A stretch of 39,629 bases of DNA, taken from the NCBI GenBank assembly GCA_022451235.1, contig JAKUOA010000004.1, positions 3,366 through 42,994 of the forward strand, in the 5' to 3' direction. The notes below the pieces were generated by a model. The model did not search any database. It worked only from the letters and a program-made list of their open reading frames with translations, and was not told the origin of the DNA. This stretch comes from Candidatus Thalassarchaeum sp. (GTDB taxonomy: Archaea > Thermoplasmatota > Poseidoniia > Poseidoniales > Thalassarchaeaceae). This document shows, one piece after another, positions 1 to 9,153 of the stretch (positions are counted from its first letter, which is position 1; each line of letters starts with the position of its first letter). Position numbers and translations under genes: made by a program.

Positions 1-1477
1 CAGGTTTACGTTTACCTTGGAGATATTCTGATACTCAAACCACTCTAGGACAAATGTGGGTCGAATCACTTAGGCAAGCCTCACACCGTAGAGGCGAACA
101 TTCTGAAGATTCACCTTGGTTATCTTCGGAAGATGACAATCAACCTCATCCACTAAACTCAGAAAGAGGCCTTGATAGAATACTCAATCCTGCTTTACTT
201 CATTATGATGGATGGCTAAGAGCCGAGCAAGAAGGCCGCCCGAAAATGGGCATCAATGTATACCACCACCCTGACTGTCTAATCAGCGAAAATATAGATG
301 AAAATGTACTGCATTCTCCACTCGTACGCCAAACCATGTTGCACGAAGCAGCAACTGAAGATAGGGTGGCTGAGATAGAAATAATCTCAAGGTTGGAAAC
401 AGGAGCAAGAATACGACTAGCACCTCATAGATTATCTAAAATCGACTCCTGCCCTCGTCGGAATTGGTTTGAGACAAGAGGGGGGTTGAAACCAGACCCT
501 ATATCCTCCTCTAATCAACTACTCGACGAGGACAACGATTCTCGTTCTGCTCCCCAACAGAATTGGGATTGATTGTACACAGGATGTTTGAGGTTGGAAT
601 TGGTAACCCCGGCCCAGTAGGTGATCAACCATCAAAACCTCTTCCAACAACCTGGGCAACTCCTGTTGATAGTCGCTTATTGGATTATGAATTGATGGAC
701 GAAGTATTCTCAGAATTGCTACCAATGGGAGTTGATGTCGAGAAAACTACAGAGATTGTTGCATTGATTTTGCAGAGAATTGAAGCAGGTCATATTGGAA
801 GATTATCAAATGCAGAAATTATCGGAGGCGAAAGGGTTGAGGGATTACGAACTGAATATCCATTCACCATTTCAAATTCAATCTTCTTCGATTCTGTATC
901 TCGAACTAGATGGGCGCCTGATGGCCAACAAAACCTCGCCCAAATTGAAAACGCATTTGTCGATATGGATGGTTCAATCGACCTCGTATTATGTTCAACT
1001 CACGAAGATGGTTCCTCTTCGATTCGCCCAATTGATCTGAAAACCGAACAGGCGGAGACTGTATTATCTGGCTCAGGAAAATTAGTCGATGCTTACGGAA
1101 ACACCTCTACTTCACCCGCCAATGATGCAGAACTGGATATGTTGGAACATCACCGATTACAACTTGCATTGTATCACCGAGCCTTGGAGAAGATGGAGGC
1201 CGGACGGCCAGAAGGGCAGCGACGTCGAGTAGAGAGGCCGGCAATTCTTGTCGGTGTTTCTGGTCGTCTAGTAATTTATCCTGAAGAAATGTTCGCAGCA
1301 GCACAATCGGACTTAGATGAAATTCTTGCAACTGCTGCGCGTATGGAGTTGGCCACAGAATTGCCATTAGCAGAATTCCAAAGAAGACCTGCAACAGAGG
1401 CCCATGTATGCAAAATATGTCCGTTCAGTCGAGGAGATTTGCCAATATGTGGTCCTCTCCCAGAACTCAGCACTTAA
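1..1477 (+). CDS. 3' part of a UvrD/AddA-like helicase-nuclease with C-terminal PD-(D/E)XK nuclease and Fe-S 'staple'; split by a 1-nt frameshift at ~552-555
   Basis: The frame of ORF 54..572 is open from the window edge and holds 'HRLSKIDSCPRRNWF'. ORF 563..1477 holds RecB-family motifs GLIVHRMFE, TEYPF, GSIDLV, IDLKT, QLALY and CKICPF...PIC. One extra C in the CCCC run at 552-555 joins them (…SAPPTELGLIVH…). The helicase part is inferred and lies outside the window. Confidence 0.7.
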
Positions 1478-1547
1478 CCCAATTTTGAATAAAATAGCGA
1501 GCCATCTGCGGGGAATAATCCATTTGCCTAAGTGATAACCCGAGTCC

Positions 1548-2960
1548 ATGGCCGCAGATCTAAATAGCATGGTAGAGAATGCCGAGAGGATTTGGGAAGA
1601 GTCAATTCTTCCTAGCCTTGGAGAATTTATCGAGATTCATGCCTTATCGCCAATGTTTGAGCCAAATTGGGATGAATTAGGAGAATTGCAGGCTACAATC
1701 GATTTATTCTGCTCATGGTTAGATAATCAGGGAATTCAGGGTATGAGTTACAAGGTTCATCGAATCGAGGATCGTACTCCTGTGCTTTTGGTGACTGTAG
1801 AAGGCACTGGAAGTGGCGAGGTACTATTCTATTCTCACTTAGATAAGCAACCTAGCCGACCCCACCTTTGGTCCGAAGGTCTACATCCACTCAATGCCGT
1901 TAGACGAGACCCTTTCCTGTTTGGTCGAGGGTCGGTTGACGATGGTTACGGTGGTTATCTATGTGTAACAGCAATTCGGCTTTTGCAAGAGGCTGGAATC
2001 CCTCACCCAAAGGCCACCTTTCTAATTGAGACCTGTGAGGAATCCGGCTCATTTGATCTACCTCCTTACCTAGACGCGTTAACCGAGGACTTGGGTAATC
2101 CCGACCTAATCGTGGTTCTCGACAGCGGAGGGCCAAGTTACGAGCACATTTGGGTAACCGAGGCACTGCGAGGTCTTGTTGCTGGAAATCTAAGTGCTCG
2201 AGTCTCTCATGAAGGAGTACATTCTGGGATGTCTGGAGGGGCAATTCCATCTTCGTTTAGGATACAGCGAATGCTTCTTGACAGAGTTGAAAACTCAAAG
2301 ACAGGCGAGGTCCTAATTCCAGAAATGCATGTTCAAATTTCTGAAAAAATAAAACGAGAAGCAGTAGCCCTAGGAGAAATACTCGGAGATGAATTATGGA
2401 CATCTTTGCCTGTTGTCGAGACTCTCGAAGCCCAGTCAAAAGAATCTAGTGAGATGCTATTGGATATCAATTGGAGACCGGCTCTTTCGATTATTGGAGC
2501 AGATGGTATACCTCCAGTACAGACCGCAGGAAATGTTCTGCGGACAAATACAGACTTGAAACTCAGTTTCCGAATTCCACCAGGGGTGAAAGCGGATGAA
2601 GTTCAAGAGATTCTAAAGCAGGTTCTAGAGGAAAATCCACCGTACGGTGCAGAAGTGACTTACAAGCCCACCGAACCTGCCGATGGCTTCCATGCGCCTC
2701 CCTTGCACGAAGGGGTTGCTTCGGCTCTTGAATCCGCCAGTATGCACCTAACAGGACAACCGCCGATGGCTACTTGGATTGGGGGGACAATTCCATTCAT
2801 GGCGATGATTCAGGGTAAATATCCTGAAGCTTGCTTCCTTTGTACTGGGTCATCAGGCCCGGGCAATAATGCACACGGCCCCGATGAGAAATTGCACATA
2901 CCCCATTCAAAGCGACTGAACGTTGCACTGGCAGCCGCAATTGCGGCGCTCTGTGAATGA
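1548..2960 (+). CDS. M20 family metallopeptidase (ArgE/DapE-like)
   Basis: Motifs HLDKQP, GRGSVDDG, CEESGS, HSG and NAHGPDE. Confidence 0.92.
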   Translation: MAADLNSMVENAERIWEESILPSLGEFIEIHALSPMFEPNWDELGELQATIDLFCSWLDNQGIQGMSYKVHRIEDRTPVLLVTVEGTGSGEVLFYSHLDKQPSRPHLWSEGLHPLNAVRRDPFLFGRGSVDDGYGGYLCVTAIRLLQEAGIPHPKATFLIETCEESGSFDLPPYLDALTEDLGNPDLIVVLDSGGPSYEHIWVTEALRGLVAGNLSARVSHEGVHSGMSGGAIPSSFRIQRMLLDRVENSKTGEVLIPEMHVQISEKIKREAVALGEILGDELWTSLPVVETLEAQSKESSEMLLDINWRPALSIIGADGIPPVQTAGNVLRTNTDLKLSFRIPPGVKADEVQEILKQVLEENPPYGAEVTYKPTEPADGFHAPPLHEGVASALESASMHLTGQPPMATWIGGTIPFMAMIQGKYPEACFLCTGSSGPGNNAHGPDEKLHIPHSKRLNVALAAAIAALCE

Positions 2961-3071
2961 TTTTCCTGATATTTCAAACTCAAATTTGGATATTCTAAGT
3001 GCGGTCTAGGATGATATTCAATCCGCCGAAGTTAAAGCAGGGCGGAGTTTCGAGGGATATGAGGTGCGCTG

Positions 3072-3707
3072 ATGAGCGATGAAGAAGTCAATGATTCCCC
3101 CGATCTTCAAATCCGCCAATTGGAGGAAGATTTGACCAAGGAGAAAGACCGACTCGAGAAACTATACGCCGGTTATACAGCCCTCAAAGACACCTCCGAT
3201 GAAAAGGATGCAACCATCGATGTTCTAGAGCGTCAGATGATCGATAAAGAGATTGAGATGGAGGGTCTTCAAGAACTTCTTTCAGACAAGGACAATCGTA
3301 TCAGAGATCTCGAATTAGATGGCGCAAAGAATTCACAACGAGTAAAGCATCTCGAGCCTGAACTACAGAAAATGGAAGAGATGTACAGCCGTGAATCGGC
3401 TCGTTTAGGTAGAGTATTCGAGGTCGCTGAAGACCTTGACGAAGCTCTACGGGTGGCCAAGGCACAATTGACTGCTAGAGATGATTGGTATGCTCAGCAC
3501 ATGAGACTATTCGAAGACCTAAGTCAAGCGATTCAGACGCGATATGACATGATTGATACAGCGATTGAAGCAATTCGCGAGCAGGAACTCAAACAGGCAA
3601 CATTCCGCGAGAGAATGGATGAAACTCTCGAGGCGGCTGCAGATGCGGCTGAAGAAATGGCCAAAGAAGCAGCCGAAGAAACTCAGGAAGAAGTCGACGA
3701 CGAATGA
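3072..3707 (+). CDS. acidic coiled-coil hypothetical protein
   Basis: 211 aa, E/D/K/L/A-rich heptad pattern, almost no Pro; GAGGTG SD upstream. Confidence 0.8.
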   Translation: MSDEEVNDSPDLQIRQLEEDLTKEKDRLEKLYAGYTALKDTSDEKDATIDVLERQMIDKEIEMEGLQELLSDKDNRIRDLELDGAKNSQRVKHLEPELQKMEEMYSRESARLGRVFEVAEDLDEALRVAKAQLTARDDWYAQHMRLFEDLSQAIQTRYDMIDTAIEAIREQELKQATFRERMDETLEAAADAAEEMAKEAAEETQEEVDDE

Positions 3708-3711
3708 TTTC

Positions 3712-4437
3712 TCATTCGGGTTTAGTTCCGTCAGCTAGGCGTATGCATTTTGCTGGTACTCCACCCCATACTTCTCCGGCTGGGATATCAGTCCATTTTG
3801 GTAAAACTGCCCGATTAGCAACGACTGCTCCTTCACCGATTGTACATCCAGGTTGAACAGTCGAGTTTCCTCCAATTAGGGCACCATTTCCTATTTTTAC
3901 GGGGGCCATAACCAACTCTCCTTTCTCTACCAAATGGGCGTTAATGATTGCATTTCCTCCGATTACTACACCATCCCCTAGGACAACTGATCCAGCATCA
4001 TTTAGATGGGGGGAATTAATCTGACAACCGGCACCAATCTTCGCGCCTGCCATGCGATAGTAAATCGTACCAACAAAAGAAGGAACTAAGATTGGCAAGA
4101 ATAGTATCGCAACTCTATGGAATACCATTGACCAAGCCCATTGAATTGTAACAAATGAACGAAGAGGGTATCTGCCTGGCTCTAGCCGAGGCCGGAATAA
4201 TCCACCTAGCAATCCCGACATCAATACTAGGGTAATTCCCCAAATCACACAAGCTAATCCTAGAGATATACCAGTGCCGACTAATTCCAACCAATTTGCT
4301 TGGTCAACTAGGTATGCCCTAGCCTCAAGAAACATCCAAACACCAGGGATAGAGGCAATTCCAACAATAATTCCAAGGAATGGAATAATCAGAAAAGTCA
4401 ACAAATTTTGAACAACCTCAAACGACTTCAGGTGCAC
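3712..4437 (-). CDS. membrane-anchored hexapeptide-repeat (left-handed beta-helix) acyltransferase
   Basis: Two to three N-terminal hydrophobic helices, then GAKIGAG, VVLGDGVVIGGNA, VKIGNGALIGGNSTVQPGCTIGEGAVV and the terminal WGGVPAK motif. Confidence 0.85.
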   Translation of the reverse strand: MHLKSFEVVQNLLTFLIIPFLGIIVGIASIPGVWMFLEARAYLVDQANWLELVGTGISLGLACVIWGITLVLMSGLLGGLFRPRLEPGRYPLRSFVTIQWAWSMVFHRVAILFLPILVPSFVGTIYYRMAGAKIGAGCQINSPHLNDAGSVVLGDGVVIGGNAIINAHLVEKGELVMAPVKIGNGALIGGNSTVQPGCTIGEGAVVANRAVLPKWTDIPAGEVWGGVPAKCIRLADGTKPE

Positions 4438-4518
4438 ACCCCGCCTTTGGTCTCGGTGAGTCAGTCATCAATTTTGGCCTGTCGGCAGAATCAAGACATT
4501 ACTGAATGCCGACATAAT

Positions 4519-5652
4519 ATGGCTCAGGCTTGTGGCATGCTAGGCGATGGTTCACCTACGGTGAAAATCCACCATCTAGTCAAAGCACCAGAAAATACAG
4601 CTGAGTCTATTGCACGTCGCGAATCTTGGGACGCAAAGAAGCCGGCGACGGTCTATGTAACGCCTGAGCGAATGCCAGACGGAACACCCTGTCAAGCAGC
4701 AACGGTAATCTTGCGTACTCGTGGCTGTGCTTGGTGGTGGAAATCGGGTTGTACTTTCTGTGGCTACTTCAACGATGTTCGCGATGACATAACTACAGAT
4801 GACCTGTTTGCTCAGTGGGAGGATGCAAAAAATCAGACTAATGATTTCGAAGGATGCTCTATGGTCAAGGTGTATACATCAGGCACCTTCTTTGAGGATC
4901 AAGAGAATCCAGTAGAATGGCAACAGCACGTTCTGAAAGAGACGCATGATATGGGGTTACATCTTGTAGTCGAAGCCCAAGCCCACATGTGCAAGCCAGA
5001 GAAATTAGAGTTCCTTGCTAAGCATCATCCAGGATGTACTGTAGCCATTGGGCTTGAGGCCTACGATGACGCAGTACTTCGGTTTCATGTCAACAAAGGT
5101 TTCTCCACAAAAACATGGAGGAAGGCCGTAGAAGATCTTCGAAGAAACAACCTTCGCGTCAAAACCTATCTGATTTTCAAGCCTCCATTTATGAGTGAAG
5201 GCGATGCATTGAATCACACATCGAAGTGGCTTGTCGATGTCGCGCCACTTTCCGATGAAGTATCAATAAATCCAATGAATATACAGAATCGAACAATTGT
5301 CGACCGATTGTTCAGGAATCGAGAATACCGCCCTCCATGGCTATGGTCTCTAATCGAAATGATTCAACGTACTCACGAAGAGACGGCAGAACACGACTCT
5401 CGTATTATCGTACATCCAACTGCAGGAGGAAAGATTCGTGGAGCCCACAATTGTGGTTCTTGCGACAAACATGTAGTCGCTGCTATCGAACGATACTCGG
5501 TTTCTCGAAATCTAGCTGAATTCAAAGGATTAGAATGCGAATGCAAAGCGATTTGGAGAGCAGAGATCGCCTCTGACCTCAGTCTCCCCACTCCTCTCGG
5601 CACTGGTCGAGATAGGCGTGGCAACCGCGTAGACCTAATGCGCGCTCCTTGA
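4519..5652 (+). CDS. archaeosine biosynthesis radical SAM protein RaSEA (TIGR01210-like)
   Basis: ILRTRGCAWWWKSGCTFCGY, KVYTSGTF, IGLE, KPPF, YRPPWLWS, RGAHNCGSCD, CECK. The start is probably ATG 4519 or 4537, because the 4408 start overlaps the divergent gene. Confidence 0.88.
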   Translation: MAQACGMLGDGSPTVKIHHLVKAPENTAESIARRESWDAKKPATVYVTPERMPDGTPCQAATVILRTRGCAWWWKSGCTFCGYFNDVRDDITTDDLFAQWEDAKNQTNDFEGCSMVKVYTSGTFFEDQENPVEWQQHVLKETHDMGLHLVVEAQAHMCKPEKLEFLAKHHPGCTVAIGLEAYDDAVLRFHVNKGFSTKTWRKAVEDLRRNNLRVKTYLIFKPPFMSEGDALNHTSKWLVDVAPLSDEVSINPMNIQNRTIVDRLFRNREYRPPWLWSLIEMIQRTHEETAEHDSRIIVHPTAGGKIRGAHNCGSCDKHVVAAIERYSVSRNLAEFKGLECECKAIWRAEIASDLSLPTPLGTGRDRRGNRVDLMRAP

Positions 5653-5675
5653 GGTGAGGGACTACGTCCCTCGCC
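5653..5675 (+). terminator. 10-bp hairpin immediately after the RaSEA stop codon (3'-end or regulatory structure)
   Basis: GGTGAGGGAC-TAC-GTCCCTCGCC, with one U-G pair on the + strand; no U-tract, so function is uncertain. Confidence 0.35.
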
Positions 5676-5742
5676 CAACGCTTAAGGGCGAATCTTCAGT
5701 GGTCCACCCGTCCACGATGTGTTGTGGACTAGTGGTGTCTAA

Positions 5743-6000
5743 ATGAAGAATGATGACGGATTTCTACAAGGCGAGAACGAACCTGCGGCTTCGAAGGTGG
5801 TAATTGTTGGAGCGTTAGTCTCCTCTCTAATCTTCATGGTGATATACAGCATTCTGTATCCAGGACAAGATTATCCTGTTCTTTCTGATTTCGAGACCTT
5901 CGGTTCTCTGAATGGAGGGATCTGGTTCTTCATACTTGGAGCAATATTCGGAATGTTCTCGATAGTTGCGACGATGATTACGGAGGCAACTCGTGAGTGA
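5743..6000 (+). CDS. small two-TM membrane protein, probably co-transcribed with the downstream CcoN-like gene
   Basis: 85 aa with two hydrophobic segments; its stop overlaps the GAGGTGA SD of the next gene. Confidence 0.75.
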   Translation: MKNDDGFLQGENEPAASKVVIVGALVSSLIFMVIYSILYPGQDYPVLSDFETFGSLNGGIWFFILGAIFGMFSIVATMITEATRE

Positions 6001-6010
6001 GGTGATTGTG

Positions 6011-7663
6011 ATGTCTGAGATTCTAACTACTCTGGCCATTTTTTGGCTCTCTGCGCTAATTTTCTATATTCTAGTCCACAGAGGATTGTGGATATTCTCC
6101 GATGTAGCACGAACTATGGGGATGTTCATGCTTGAGAAAGCCCTAGGCCCGGGAATCGACTTGGTTGAGGGCCGTTCAGGTTCTGCTGCAAGAGCATGGA
6201 TTATGCAATCGGTTCTATGGATGATGGTCGGTGGTCTATTCACCTTTGAGGGAATGTGGCTTGCACATGACCCGACCGCACTTCATTCACTTGGCGCATG
6301 GGGATACGACCCAACTGCCGAGACTCTAGCAGCAACAGGTAAGGCTGTTACCGCATTTGGTGGAATAAGCATGGCACTAATCGGTTGTGGCCTACACATC
6401 CTTCCCAAGTTATTGGGCACAGAACTTGCGAGTGAAAGAAATGGAACCTTGGTCTCATTCCTTTACTCTGGCGGGGTTTTCGTCACTTTGATTGGTTCCC
6501 ACGATCCGGTTATTCTTGGATTCAAGGTTCTGGTTATTGGAACCGGAATACATATTTTGGCAATGACAGCCATCGTCATCAACCAATTAATCACCGTAGC
6601 TAGCCGTGCTGACTCAATTCCGATGCCAGCATGGCTGATCCTTCTAGGTTTGATGTCTGAATCATTCAATATAATTGCTGGAATTTCAACCGGTACAATT
6701 GAGGATGGAAATGGCCAGTGGTTGATGTACAGATTACAGGGAAGCGGATTCTTCTTCCTTTCATTATCAGGTATTGTATTGTATGCATCTAGCGTTGCTT
6801 CCGGTAATGCACTCTGGTCTCGAACACTAGTTGGTGCAACATTGCTCGGTGGCCTGTTTACATTGAACCCGTTTGGTGCAAACCACGGAACCCTAGTTGC
6901 AGATTTATTCGGCCTTGATGCCGGAGAGTTGGCTATGTCCACAAATGACACAGTGATAGTAACCTTCCTAATGGCGCTTGCCTCAGTACCGGTAATCGCT
7001 TTCGTTGCAAATGCTATGCTAACCATTCGAGATAGTTCGTCTCCGGGTACTGCTGGTCTAGCCGAGATTAATCTTGGATTACTGGCCATGATTCCGGTAT
7101 TCATCGGCTCACTGTTTGTTCAAACCGATGCAGTATCGGGAACTAATGCAATCTCTGGACTTTCGTGGACAATCGAAGAAATGAGCCGATGGGCAGTATT
7201 GGTGCCACTATCACTTGGTTCAGTACTTGCTCTCTATCCATCAATTACCGGGCGACAATTGGCGTCCGCTGAGCGCGCCCGAACCGCGTTTTGGTTGATG
7301 GGCGCTGCAGTTTTGCTTGGATTAATGCTCAATTTGACTTCCAGCGCTATCGACATGGCTCTCTTAGATGCTGGTGTAGAAGATTCATCTAGTCTCTCTC
7401 ACGAACTTTCAGTGGCCGCTTCTGTAATCTTCTACTTCGCTGTAGTTGCGATGATTCTACACTGTCTAAATATGGTAAGCGGGCTATTCCGTGGCGAGAT
7501 TGTCGGAGAAGATACCGAGGTTGCCTCATCTATCGAGATTGAAACCTACAACCTTGCATCTGCTACAAGCGTCTCTCGAATCCTTGCCTCTGGTGCTGGA
7601 ATGGACACAATGGTAGTGCCAGTGGGCGAATCAGACGAGAAGGGCTCAGCAACTGATTTGTAA
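6011..7663 (+). CDS. polytopic membrane protein, degenerate cbb3-type heme-copper oxidase subunit I (CcoN)-like
   Basis: About 13 hydrophobic helices. Segments AVTAFGG, ILPKLLGTELASER, QWLMYRLQGSGFFF, NALWSRTL, WTIEEM and LYPSITGRQLASAERARTAFWL are colinear with CcoN as I recall it, but the ligand His residues are mostly absent. ATG 6011 follows a GAGGTGA SD. Confidence 0.65.
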   Translation: MSEILTTLAIFWLSALIFYILVHRGLWIFSDVARTMGMFMLEKALGPGIDLVEGRSGSAARAWIMQSVLWMMVGGLFTFEGMWLAHDPTALHSLGAWGYDPTAETLAATGKAVTAFGGISMALIGCGLHILPKLLGTELASERNGTLVSFLYSGGVFVTLIGSHDPVILGFKVLVIGTGIHILAMTAIVINQLITVASRADSIPMPAWLILLGLMSESFNIIAGISTGTIEDGNGQWLMYRLQGSGFFFLSLSGIVLYASSVASGNALWSRTLVGATLLGGLFTLNPFGANHGTLVADLFGLDAGELAMSTNDTVIVTFLMALASVPVIAFVANAMLTIRDSSSPGTAGLAEINLGLLAMIPVFIGSLFVQTDAVSGTNAISGLSWTIEEMSRWAVLVPLSLGSVLALYPSITGRQLASAERARTAFWLMGAAVLLGLMLNLTSSAIDMALLDAGVEDSSSLSHELSVAASVIFYFAVVAMILHCLNMVSGLFRGEIVGEDTEVASSIEIETYNLASATSVSRILASGAGMDTMVVPVGESDEKGSATDL

Positions 7664-7731
7664 GAAAGTCAGTACAAGCCACTACCGTCAAGTTGAGGGC
7701 TAAACACCCCTGTTGAATAGAAGGGAAGGAC

Positions 7732-9018
7732 ATGAGGATTGGCCTAGTTGGTAAGCCGAACGTTGGGAAATCAACGACATTCTCGGCTCTAACCCAAACA
7801 CCTGTTGATATTGCAAATTATCCATTTACAACCATTGACCCCAATGTCGGAGTAGCATGGATTCCGCTTAGAGAACCGTGTGCCTGCTCGACACTTAGAG
7901 CAAAACGCGAGGCAGAGGGGAGACTCGTATCAACAACTGATGACGACCCCCGAAAGGGCAGTATTTGTACCCCAAATACTGGCTCTTGCGTTGGGCACAA
8001 TCGCCTAGTTCCTGTCACATTAGTGGACGTAGCGGGATTGGTTCCAGGAGCCCACGAGGGGCGGGGTAGAGGAAATCAATTCTTGTCGGATTTAGCCCAA
8101 TGTGATGCACTAATCCAAGTCGTTGATGTATCTGGTTCGACAGATTTGGAAGGAAATCCAGTGGGTCAGGGGGGCTCCAATCCCGTCGAAGAGCATGAGT
8201 TCCTTCTCGGAGAATTGGATGCTTGGATCCGTGGAATAATCGAATCTAGCTGGCAGCGCGGATCTCGCCGTGTCCAATCAGAAGGTGATAAGGCCCTAGT
8301 TACATATCTGTTAGATCAGTTAAGTGGCATTGGTGCGAATGAATCCCATGTCTCATCCGGCATTACTGAGGTTTCATCTCAGCACCCTGATGCCGGCGTC
8401 CCATGGTCTTGGGGCCAAGAAGAGTTGACAACACTCGCGAAAACAATTAGAACAGGATTATTCCCTATTTGTGTTGCAGCAAACAAAGCCGATCGAGTTG
8501 AAGAAGACTCATGGAATCAACTTGAGGAGATGGTAACTGCATCTGGAGGTATACTAATTCCCACAAGTGCCGAGGCAGAACTTGCGCTAAGCAGAGCTAG
8601 TGCTACTGGATTAATTCAACACAGACCAGGGGGAGATGGTTTCACCGTCACCGAAAAAGGAGAGGCGAATCTGTCAGAAGCGCAAAGGAATGCTCTATCC
8701 TCAATTGGAGAGTCGCTTGCAAAATGGTCTGGTGGAGGATTGGTTGGGCTTGTTGGAGATATTGTATTCGATAGACTCGATAGAAGAGTCGCCTATCCTG
8801 TACAAGATGAAACTCATTGGATAGATGGAGAAGGTAATATCCTCCCTGATGCGATTCTAATCTCAGAGGGAACAACAGCGAAGGGATTAGCCTACGCAGT
8901 TCACACCGATCTTGGTGACGGTTTCATTCGAGCTACAGACGCCCGTAGTGGACGTGTAATCGGTGCAGATCATGAGGTAGAGAACGGCGACGTGATACGA
9001 ATTCACGCCAAATCATGA
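7732..9018 (+). CDS. ychF: YchF/OLA1-family Obg-like NTPase (archaeal type)
   Basis: GKPNVGKST, YPFTTIDPN, DVAGLVPGA, NKAD and a C-terminal TGS domain (AYAVHTDL). Confidence 0.9.
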   Translation: MRIGLVGKPNVGKSTTFSALTQTPVDIANYPFTTIDPNVGVAWIPLREPCACSTLRAKREAEGRLVSTTDDDPRKGSICTPNTGSCVGHNRLVPVTLVDVAGLVPGAHEGRGRGNQFLSDLAQCDALIQVVDVSGSTDLEGNPVGQGGSNPVEEHEFLLGELDAWIRGIIESSWQRGSRRVQSEGDKALVTYLLDQLSGIGANESHVSSGITEVSSQHPDAGVPWSWGQEELTTLAKTIRTGLFPICVAANKADRVEEDSWNQLEEMVTASGGILIPTSAEAELALSRASATGLIQHRPGGDGFTVTEKGEANLSEAQRNALSSIGESLAKWSGGGLVGLVGDIVFDRLDRRVAYPVQDETHWIDGEGNILPDAILISEGTTAKGLAYAVHTDLGDGFIRATDARSGRVIGADHEVENGDVIRIHAKS

Positions 9019-9032
9019 TTCAATCGCTAAGT

Positions 9033-9136
9033 CTGGACGAGAGAAGGGTGAGCTGTCTCTCGGCATCCGCCCGTTGAAGCGGCCAGCATCCGCACGACCT
9101 CGTAGCCACCGCTAAACGGTGGTCGCAGGTTGTGTG
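9033..9136 (+). ncRNA. candidate structured RNA of unknown family (three-way junction plus long hairpin)
   Basis: Pairings CTGG/CCAG, CGAGAGA/TCTCTCG, CCGC/GCGG, CGCACGACCT/AGGTTGTGTG and GCCACCG/CGGTGGT; three G-U wobbles that only work on the + strand. Confidence 0.45.
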
Positions 9137-9153
9137 TTAAGTTACTATTAGCT

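Noticed and set aside
563-1477. Cas4-like nuclease suggesting CRISPR-Cas
   Set aside because: There is no array or other cas gene, and the domain is the C-terminus of a longer protein, consistent with AddA/AddB-type repair.
6463-7104. Long antisense ORFs (213 aa here; also 30516-31034, 30703-31353, 13092-13544, 24718-25101)
   Set aside because: They are shadow frames of well-supported genes on the opposite strand and carry no motifs.
9040-9110. TPP-riboswitch-, hammerhead-, HDV- or SECIS-like fragments (CCCGTTGAA, CTGGACGAG, CCTCG; ychF ends in TGA)
   Set aside because: The required cores (CUGAGA/CCUGAU, CUGANGA+GAAA, nested pseudoknot) are absent. The ychF TGA is at the normal C-terminus and is followed by TAA four codons later.
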